Virus record (IMG/VR): IMGVR_UViG_3300042444_000045
Location: 53,769-117,768 of that record
Strand: one strand, 5' to 3'
Source: a virus
Length of the DNA: 64,000 bases
Part shown: positions 56,845 through 64,000 of the stretch, piece after piece
How the letters are laid out: each line of letters opens with the position of its first letter
Numbering within the stretch: the stretch's first letter is position 1
Made by a program: the position numbers and the translations under genes
The notes under the pieces: generated by a model
The model's input: the letters and a program-made list of their open reading frames with translations, nothing else
Database searches by the model: none
What the model was told of the DNA's origin: nothing

Positions 56845-57552
56845 ATGATTATGAGTAATATACTAGATATTGATGATTATAAACAAAAAATATTTAATAA
56901 ACTTGAACCTAGTGGTTGGGGTAGAGTTCTTAAACCTTTTATATTTAGTTTAGAATTTGAGAAGATTCTAACTGAACTATATAGTATGTCCAATAATGGA
57001 CAAAGGTTTACTCCTGTACTAAAAGATGTGTTTAGAGCATTTGAAGAATGCCCTTATGACGAATTGAAGGTTGTAATGGTTGGACAAGATCCTTATCCTA
57101 CACTAGGTGTAGCAGATGGTATTGCATTTAGTTGTGGTAAATCTGAAAAAGAACAACCCTCTCTAAGGTTTATGCTTGATGAAGTACAAAAGATGTACCC
57201 ATTCTATGATAGACCCTTAGACTTGAAAGTATGGGCTAATCAGGGCATACTCTTGCTTAATACAGCTCTTACAACTGAAGTTGGTAAGATTGGTAAACAC
57301 TATGAAATATGGGCTCCATTTACCGCATACTTATTTGATTACTTTAAGAACTTTCACCCGGGATTAGTTTATGTCTACATGGGTAAAAAATCTCAAGAGT
57401 GGGCAGACATGTGTGGAGAAAATTGTACTAAATTTATGGTTTCACATCCTGCAAGTGCTGCATATAACGGTAGCAAGTGGGATTCTAAAGGTGTCTTTCA
57501 AGAAGTATGGACCACAGTTAAACATTTATATAATTATTCAATTCACTGGTAA
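56845..57552 (+). CDS. ung: Uracil-DNA glycosylase, family 1
   Basis: VFRAFEECP, VVMVGQDPYP, ADGIAFS, QGILLLNTALT, SHPAS. Confidence 0.92.
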   Translation: MIMSNILDIDDYKQKIFNKLEPSGWGRVLKPFIFSLEFEKILTELYSMSNNGQRFTPVLKDVFRAFEECPYDELKVVMVGQDPYPTLGVADGIAFSCGKSEKEQPSLRFMLDEVQKMYPFYDRPLDLKVWANQGILLLNTALTTEVGKIGKHYEIWAPFTAYLFDYFKNFHPGLVYVYMGKKSQEWADMCGENCTKFMVSHPASAAYNGSKWDSKGVFQEVWTTVKHLYNYSIHW

Positions 57553-58139
57553 TGCAAGAAGTATTTAACAAACTAATAAAAGCAGGACTTAGTCCTAATG
57601 CATTCTATGTATTGTATTGTATACATAATAAGATTGTACCTAGTGATTTGGTAAATGCATCTATTGAAGTTGCCAGATTGAAATCAGGTAACTATATTAC
57701 TGATGACTTGCAATTGTCAAGTAATAGTCTTATATTTATACAAGAAATTGAGAGCTATTTCAAGAAGTCTAAGAAGAAAACATCTAAAAATCTCATGGGT
57801 GATGATTTTCTAGATAACATTAAAACTTACAATGAGTGCTTCCCGGCAAGTAAATTGCCAAGTGGTGTTTATGCAAGAGTTAACGTAAAGAGTCTAGAAA
57901 ATGCATTTAGATGGTTCTTTGAAACATTTGACTATTCTTGGGAGACAGTTATTCAAGCTACTGAAAAGTATGTAGAAGAGTATTCTATTAATAGGTACAA
58001 CTACATGCGCAACTCACAGTATTTTATTAGAAAACAGAATACAGATAAAACCTGGGATTCTACTCTAGCAACTTATTGTGATATGATTTCACAAGATGAT
58101 TATGAAGCACCTGTATTCTTTAAAGAAAAGATAGTATGA
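57552..58139 (+). CDS. Conserved protein upstream of helicase (replication-associated candidate)
   Basis: Position; YNECFP..KLPSG..AR. Confidence 0.4.
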   Translation: MQEVFNKLIKAGLSPNAFYVLYCIHNKIVPSDLVNASIEVARLKSGNYITDDLQLSSNSLIFIQEIESYFKKSKKKTSKNLMGDDFLDNIKTYNECFPASKLPSGVYARVNVKSLENAFRWFFETFDYSWETVIQATEKYVEEYSINRYNYMRNSQYFIRKQNTDKTWDSTLATYCDMISQDDYEAPVFFKEKIV

Positions 58140-58315
58140 TTAGATTTAAATTGTTCTTTGTTGCATTAACAGGAAGTCTTGTTTCCTGGCTGTTAGTTTA
58201 TACTCTACTTATAGAAATGAACTTTGTACAGTTTTTAGCAATAGAGTTTATAGTGGGATTATCTCACTACATCTATAATGATGTAAAAGGTAAATTAACA
58301 ACATAATCCAAATGT

Positions 58316-59311
58316 ATGGCAGAATTATTTAACGGTGCCCGGGCTCTGAAGCCTGTGAGTGAGAGAGACGCTCTTAGAAAAGCCCTTCTTAAAATGAAGG
58401 CTAGAAGATCTGGTGAGCTTAAGTCACTCAAAAGTTCATGGCCCAAATTTAATGATGCCTTCTGTGATGGATTGGAATGGAGAACTATCACCGTAGTTGG
58501 TGCTAGACCGGGAACAGGTAAAACTTTATTTATGGAACAGTTGATCTCTGATATTATTGAGGAAAATAAAGATCATAAGTTTAGAGTACTTAAGTTCCAG
58601 TTTGAAATGCTTGATGAGACCAATGGTATTAGAAAGCTGAGTCTGAATACTGCTTCTGATTACAATACATTAATGAGCAAGGGGGAACCCGTGGATAAGG
58701 ATCTATACTTAAGATGCGTACAGTACTATGAGCAAACTGCCGAGACTGATGTCATAGATGTAGTATATGATCCGTGTACCGTTGATGAGATGTGTGCTAC
58801 CATACATTACTATATGGAAAAACACAAGGATGAAAATGGTAACTACACAAATGCTCTGGTTACTATTGACCACTCAGCTTTACTTAAAGTAGGAAAAGGT
58901 CAGAGAGATAAGTTTGAAGTATTATATGCTCTAGGGGAAGCTCTAACATATATGAAGAAGCATTATCCTGTGGCATTTCTTGTCTTGAGTCAGTTGAACA
59001 GGAATATAGATAATCCAGACAGATCCAAAGATGGTGACTATGGGAATTATGTATTAGATTCTGATTTATTTGGAGCAGATGCTCTATTACAACATGCTGA
59101 TGTAGTACTTGGTATTAACAAACCTTCTATCAGAAAGATTAGGTTCTATGGTCCTGAAAGATTTATAGTGAATGATGAAGATTTACTTGCATTTCACTTC
59201 TTAAAGTCTAGGAACGGAACAACTAGGTTAAGCTTCTTTAAGCTAGATAGAGAGAACATGAGGATTATTGAAATAGAAACACCTCCACAAGCAACAAAAC
59301 TTAAATTATAA
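58316..59311 (+). CDS. dnaB: DnaB-like (SF4) replicative helicase
   Basis: GARPGTGKT, FEM, IDH, LSQLNR, ADALLQHAD, KSRNG. Confidence 0.9.
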   Translation: MAELFNGARALKPVSERDALRKALLKMKARRSGELKSLKSSWPKFNDAFCDGLEWRTITVVGARPGTGKTLFMEQLISDIIEENKDHKFRVLKFQFEMLDETNGIRKLSLNTASDYNTLMSKGEPVDKDLYLRCVQYYEQTAETDVIDVVYDPCTVDEMCATIHYYMEKHKDENGNYTNALVTIDHSALLKVGKGQRDKFEVLYALGEALTYMKKHYPVAFLVLSQLNRNIDNPDRSKDGDYGNYVLDSDLFGADALLQHADVVLGINKPSIRKIRFYGPERFIVNDEDLLAFHFLKSRNGTTRLSFFKLDRENMRIIEIETPPQATKLKL

Positions 59312-59313
59312 TT

Positions 59314-59895
59314 ATGAGTAGAAAAGAAAGAGAAAGAGAATTCTTTGCTTATCAGACGGATAAGTTTAGAAAAGCTCAAGTAGCTGACCCATTCTTTGTC
59401 TTAAAGACTGCCTTCTTTCAGAAGGGTAAGTATGGTAGACAAGTACAGCTATTTGAAAGTGAACTCAAGAGGGGTGAAGACATCTATATTGAGTTTATTG
59501 ACATTATCAGAGATGAATCTGGTAAAGAACAGGGTATTGAACCGGCATATGCTGACAGAGCTCTGTTTAAGTGTAAAGCCAACCCCTACTATGCTGAAGA
59601 GTATGATGTAAAAGAGGGTACTAATCTTAATGGTGATAACTATTTTGCTTATACGATTCCATTGTCTGAGTTGATGGTCTTAATGCCTGATGGTTCTGAG
59701 ATTACTTACAACTTGTATGAGAAGAGAAAAGCAGAAGCTCCTAAGGAACAACAGAGCTTATCTGTATTTCCAGATTTTGAAGATGAGTTTATTCCAAAAC
59801 TTAAAGAAGTTAAAGAGGAATTAGAAACCACTTCAGATATTCTCTTAAGAATTGCAGCAGATTTTCAAAAACTAGCAGTAAAATTAGGATCATGA
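59314..59895 (+). CDS. Hypothetical protein
   Basis: ORF track. Confidence 0.5.
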   Translation: MSRKEREREFFAYQTDKFRKAQVADPFFVLKTAFFQKGKYGRQVQLFESELKRGEDIYIEFIDIIRDESGKEQGIEPAYADRALFKCKANPYYAEEYDVKEGTNLNGDNYFAYTIPLSELMVLMPDGSEITYNLYEKRKAEAPKEQQSLSVFPDFEDEFIPKLKEVKEELETTSDILLRIAADFQKLAVKLGS

Positions 59896-60614
59896 GTATA
59901 GTACTTCCAACTAAAAAGGTCAAGGCTGAGAGAGTCAATCCCAAGAGATTGATTATCTATTCTAAGCCGAAAACTGGAAAGACCACAGCATTTGCTGGTC
60001 TTGAAAACAATTTATTAATTGATTTAGAAAATGGTGCTGATTATGTAGAAGCACTCAAAGTAAAGATTACTTCTTTACAAGAGTTGCTTGAAGCAGGAAA
60101 AGCAATCAAAGAAGCAGGTAAGCCATACAAGTATGTTACAATAGATACTGTAACTGCATTAGAAGATATGGTTATGCCGTTAGCTATCAAACTATACCGT
60201 GCTACAAGCATGGGTAAAAGCTATGATGGAGATAATGTCTTATCCTTGCCTAATGGTGCTGGATATTTATATTTAAGACAAGCTTTCTTTCAGGTTTTAG
60301 ATTTTATTGATACATTAGCCCCCCATATTATTTTATCTGGTCATATTAAAGACAAACAGGTGGATGATAAGGGAGAGATGGTTCTTGCAGCAAATATAGA
60401 TTTGACAGGTAAGATTAAGTCTCTCATCTGTGCTAATGCAGATGCAATTGGCTACATGTATAGAAAGGGTAACAAAACTATTTTATCATTTAAAACAAGT
60501 GAAGAGGTTACTTGCGGTGCAAGACCTGAGCACCTGAGAAATGAGGAAATAGTGGTAACAGAGATGAATGAATCTGGTGAATTAGAGTTTCACTGGGACA
60601 AAGTTTTTATTTAA
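59892..60614 (+). CDS. AAA_24/Sak4-like ATPase
   Basis: YSKPKTGKTT, IDLENG, IDTVT, LSGH, ADAIGY. Confidence 0.8.
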   Translation: MSIVLPTKKVKAERVNPKRLIIYSKPKTGKTTAFAGLENNLLIDLENGADYVEALKVKITSLQELLEAGKAIKEAGKPYKYVTIDTVTALEDMVMPLAIKLYRATSMGKSYDGDNVLSLPNGAGYLYLRQAFFQVLDFIDTLAPHIILSGHIKDKQVDDKGEMVLAANIDLTGKIKSLICANADAIGYMYRKGNKTILSFKTSEEVTCGARPEHLRNEEIVVTEMNESGELEFHWDKVFI

Positions 60615-60633
60615 CAATTTAATTTTAAGAAAA

Positions 60634-61317
60634 ATGGCATTAAGCACAACTGATTTGGGCAAAGAAGGCTCAGGACTAGCAAAAACAATTACACCAGGTA
60701 ATCATGTACTAAAGATTAATAATATTGAGCTTGAGGATTTCAAGTTCATTCCCGGTGCATTTCATCTTATGTTACATGTGGAGACTGCACCTATTGAGGG
60801 TTTTGAGGGTTTCCTAGTTGACAAAGAAGATGAGAGCAAAGGAAGATATCAGGGTCAGATTGGTAGGATTAAAGCAAGTCAATATGCATTTGCAGATGGT
60901 GAAACTAAATCTGGAGTTAAAATTCAGAGAGATAGATCTATCTTGATTTTCTTGAGAACTTTGGCTCATACTCTACAACTTGATTCTTGGTTTCTTGAGC
61001 AAGATGGCCAGCATGATACTATTGAAGACTTTGTTAAAGCATTTAACAAGACTGCAGACTTTAGAGAAAAGTATCTTGAGTTCTGTGTAGCTGGTAAGGA
61101 GTATGAAGGTAAAACAGGTTATACAAACTATGACTTATGGTTACCAAAAGCTGAAGGTAAGAAATATGCATTTGGTGAAGAAGAATCTGGTTCTGTAATT
61201 AGATTTGACGAGACTAAGCATGTTAAGAAACTAGAAGTTAAAGAAGTTAAATCCTTTGGGGATGATGAAGATGTATTTGAAAAACCTAAGACATCATCTG
61301 ATTTCAGTCTAGACTAA
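60634..61317 (+). CDS. Putative single-stranded DNA-binding protein
   Basis: Follows Sak4-like ATPase; PGNHVLKI start; acidic tail ending DFSLD. Confidence 0.5.
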   Translation: MALSTTDLGKEGSGLAKTITPGNHVLKINNIELEDFKFIPGAFHLMLHVETAPIEGFEGFLVDKEDESKGRYQGQIGRIKASQYAFADGETKSGVKIQRDRSILIFLRTLAHTLQLDSWFLEQDGQHDTIEDFVKAFNKTADFREKYLEFCVAGKEYEGKTGYTNYDLWLPKAEGKKYAFGEEESGSVIRFDETKHVKKLEVKEVKSFGDDEDVFEKPKTSSDFSLD

Positions 61318-61407
61318 CCATTCACTCATTAAAGGGGGAGGTTAGTATTAATTATTGTATAACAGAGATTTTTAGACTAAATCAGGGACTCCCCCTTTAT
61401 ATTTTTA

Positions 61408-62391
61408 TTGGTTATGATTTCAACAAAGAATTTAATATCTGATTTGGAGGAAGTACCCAGAGAATGGGTATTTGAGTATTATCTGAACTTAAGAGAAAAG
61501 CTTACCGGACAGAATATTAAGATGCTCTCTGCATTTAATGTTAGAGATAAGGTGCCAAGTATGTTTATCTATCAGGACGGTGGTAAGTATAAGTTCAAAG
61601 ATTTTTCTTCAGGATTTCAAGGTGACCAAGTAGAACTTGTTAGGTATCTATTTAACTATGATGCTAGATTTAAGGCCACTAACCGGATAATTACCGATTA
61701 TCAGGAGTATTTAAAACACAATGCACCTGCAGTAAGGGGTCCTATACAGTTTCATGATAAGTTTAAGGTTGTAGATTTTGAAATGAGACACTGGAACACA
61801 CTTGATCAGAAATACTGGACACAATTTAAAATTAGTTCTAGTATCTTAAGTCAGTATAATGTAGTTCCATTGGAATTTTTTACAATGTCTAAGACTGAGA
61901 TTGATGATTCTGTAACAAGCTATAGATTTTCTAGGCCCTATGTTTATGGTTATTTCCGTAATGATGGTGAGCTCTATAAGATTTATATGCCAAAGATTCC
62001 TGAGAAAAAGTTCATTAAGATCCAGAACTACACACAAGGTATGGATCAACTGCAATATGATTCCAAGTATCTACTGATTGTTTCTTCACTTAAAGACCTT
62101 TTGTCTTTTAAGAAACTAGGTATTGGTAATATAGAATGTATTGCTCCAGACAGTGAGAATACAATGATTGGAGAATCTGTTATAAATAAACTTAGAGAAA
62201 AGTATTCTAAGATTATTGTACTGTTTGATAATGATGAGCCCGGTATGAAAGCTGCTCAGAGATATCAGGATAAGTATAATATTCCGCATGTAATACTTGA
62301 GATGTCTAAGGATTTATCAGACTCTGTCAAAGATCATGGTATTGAACCTGTGAGAGATAAGTTATTATCTTTACTAAAACAGATAGTATGA
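61408..62391 (+). CDS. DNA primase (TOPRIM)
   Basis: DKVPSM...FKDFSSG, SSLKD, LFDNDEPG, KDLSD. Confidence 0.85.
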   Translation: MVMISTKNLISDLEEVPREWVFEYYLNLREKLTGQNIKMLSAFNVRDKVPSMFIYQDGGKYKFKDFSSGFQGDQVELVRYLFNYDARFKATNRIITDYQEYLKHNAPAVRGPIQFHDKFKVVDFEMRHWNTLDQKYWTQFKISSSILSQYNVVPLEFFTMSKTEIDDSVTSYRFSRPYVYGYFRNDGELYKIYMPKIPEKKFIKIQNYTQGMDQLQYDSKYLLIVSSLKDLLSFKKLGIGNIECIAPDSENTMIGESVINKLREKYSKIIVLFDNDEPGMKAAQRYQDKYNIPHVILEMSKDLSDSVKDHGIEPVRDKLLSLLKQIV

Positions 62392-62813
62392 GTTGGTTAT
62401 ATAAAGGTGAAGTATTTAGTGACAGCAAAATTCCAGATGGTGCTGTAGGTTTCATTTATGAAATGGAAGCAATCATTGATGGTAAAGCAGTCCGTTATAT
62501 TGGCAAGAAGAATTTTCATTCTACAGTTAAGAAAAGACTGGGAAAGAAAGCTATTGCTGCAATGACAGATAAAAGAGCATCTAAATACACTCTTGTTAGT
62601 AAAACTAACTATCAAAATTATTACAGCAGTAATGCAGTGCTACAGAATGCACATAAAGCAGGAATTCCTATAAAGAGATTTATGGTTAGGATATGTTTCT
62701 CAAAGACAGAGCTGACATATCATGAGACTAAATCACAATTTGTAAGAGAAGTGCTTGAGAAAGAAGAATATCTAAATGCCAATATCCTTGGCAGGTTTTA
62801 CAAAATCAAATAG
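62388..62813 (+). CDS. GIY-YIG-like endonuclease
   Basis: GFIY...RYIGKK...YYSS...YHE...YLNANI. Confidence 0.7.
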   Translation: MSWLYKGEVFSDSKIPDGAVGFIYEMEAIIDGKAVRYIGKKNFHSTVKKRLGKKAIAAMTDKRASKYTLVSKTNYQNYYSSNAVLQNAHKAGIPIKRFMVRICFSKTELTYHETKSQFVREVLEKEEYLNANILGRFYKIK

Positions 62814-62814
62814 T

Positions 62815-63231
62815 ATGAAAGAAATGGATATGATTGGAACCCTTGTCAGATTAGCTGACTTGGGAGTAACCGGTATTAAGGTACAATATGAAGGTGGAGG
62901 AGACTCTGGTGCGATTGAAGGTGTAGTTTATACTATACAAAAATTACATGAAGATGAAGAATCTGCATTTGATCTTATTGATGAATTGTATATATGGGGT
63001 ACTGAAGCAATGAAATTAGAAGATCTTGATTCTGGTCTTGCTTCTGATATTGAACATTTTGTTGAGGAGAAATTACTCAATGATATTGAAGATTGGTGGA
63101 ACAATGATGGAGGTTCAGGATCAGTATGTATCATAGTTGCTTCTGGTAAGTATAAAATCATTAATGATGTTAGATATACTCAAACAGAAACTTACATTCA
63201 TGAAGGTGCACTAGTAGACAAAACTTTGTAA
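62815..63231 (+). CDS. Acidic DUF6878-like protein
   Basis: VQYEGGGDSGAIE...DWWNNDGGSG. Confidence 0.55.
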   Translation: MKEMDMIGTLVRLADLGVTGIKVQYEGGGDSGAIEGVVYTIQKLHEDEESAFDLIDELYIWGTEAMKLEDLDSGLASDIEHFVEEKLLNDIEDWWNNDGGSGSVCIIVASGKYKIINDVRYTQTETYIHEGALVDKTL

Positions 63232-63232
63232 C

Positions 63233-63580
63233 ATGGCACATCCGTATCAACATGCTGTATCATCAGCTAGAAAGTTTGGGGGTATTCCAGAAGATTATAT
63301 TAAGATTCATAATTGGTTTGATGAAACTAAAGCATGGATAGGACATAGTAAACATAGAATATTCCGTCACCACAGTGAAGGTATATTTGAATGTGAACAA
63401 GTCTTTGGAGATCACATGTATAATTCTGAAGGTAAAAGAGTGTATATAAGATATGTTGGTGAACAACATGTAAAAGAAGACTGTAACAATTACATTCCTT
63501 CAGCTAAAGAATGGTTAGATATGATTGCATCTGGTGAATTAAAAGAATGGGCAATTAAAACCTTAAAAATTGAAGACTAA
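63233..63580 (+). CDS. DUF6915-like protein
   Basis: HPYQHAVSSARKFGG..EDY..IHNWFDETK...HRIFRHHSEGIF...EQHVKED. Confidence 0.65.
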   Translation: MAHPYQHAVSSARKFGGIPEDYIKIHNWFDETKAWIGHSKHRIFRHHSEGIFECEQVFGDHMYNSEGKRVYIRYVGEQHVKEDCNNYIPSAKEWLDMIASGELKEWAIKTLKIED

Positions 63581-63981
63581 TGACAAGAGATGAATTAAAA
63601 AATCTGATTAACATGTTTCAGTCAAGTGATGCTGATAACCACATAGTTGCATTTCATGCAATTGAGAACAGTACACTTGATAACAATGAGCTAGTATTAT
63701 TGTATAAATTTTCGGGACAACCATTTGGACAATGGAAGAAAGAAGTTCCAAAAACTGCACAGAGAATTGCTGATGTAATTGGTGATGAAGCCATAGCATT
63801 ATCATCTGCACGTGTGCTTGGTATTATTACTAATAATAAAGCAGCCAAGCATGTAATAGAAACGTTCCTGGAATTTTTCATCCGGGATTTGACCAGTATG
63901 TTAGGAAGCATAGGGTATCCAATGGACAAAGTAGACATCAATGTAAAAATAAGAGATGATGGACAAAGCACAGAGTCTTAG
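63580..63981 (+). CDS. Hypothetical protein
   Basis: ORF track; a further ORF (MDKAQSLSKISKDL) starts at about 63959 and runs off the window. Confidence 0.5.
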   Translation: MTRDELKNLINMFQSSDADNHIVAFHAIENSTLDNNELVLLYKFSGQPFGQWKKEVPKTAQRIADVIGDEAIALSSARVLGIITNNKAAKHVIETFLEFFIRDLTSMLGSIGYPMDKVDINVKIRDDGQSTES

Positions 63982-64000
63982 TAAAATAAGTAAAGATTTA

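Noticed and set aside
1-64000. Stop-codon reassignment as seen in some crAss-like phages
   Set aside because: Large genes (TerL, portal, MCP, helicases) are intact in the standard code; TAA, TAG and TGA all end genes at plausible boundaries; the tRNA is not a suppressor

Overview
The window is part of an AT-rich dsDNA phage genome with crAss-like (Crassvirales-type) gene content. The host is probably Bacteroidota, judging from TATATTTG (TAnnTTTG) promoter boxes and A-rich leaders lacking a Shine-Dalgarno sequence. Bases 1-41.9 kb run on the minus strand and form the structural/late arm: terminase, portal, scaffold-like protein, major capsid protein, ring and auxiliary capsid homologues, Cys-rich fibre proteins, nine small Lys-rich proteins many with xxGG motifs, a Dps-like protein, a lysis cassette, a 2560-aa Pro-poor collagen fibre beside a propeller-TPR-methyltransferase enzyme, GroES, an Acb2-like protein and a SET-domain protein. 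After a GC-rich divergence point near 42.0 kb the plus strand carries 12 tandem hairpin + AACATCTTWTTAC expression cassettes, two of which appear to hold structured RNAs rather than ORFs. These are followed by tRNA-Arg(UCU) and replication/repair genes (SF2 helicase, ClpS, spore photoproduct lyase-like radical SAM, UDG, DnaB, AAA ATPase, primase, GIY-YIG nuclease). The best candidates for a new system are (i) the early cassette array with ncRNA cassettes and (ii) a possible spore-like or chromatin-like genome-protection system (basic xxGG core proteins + Dps + SET + SPL). All protein family calls come from motifs recognised by eye and have not been searched against databases.
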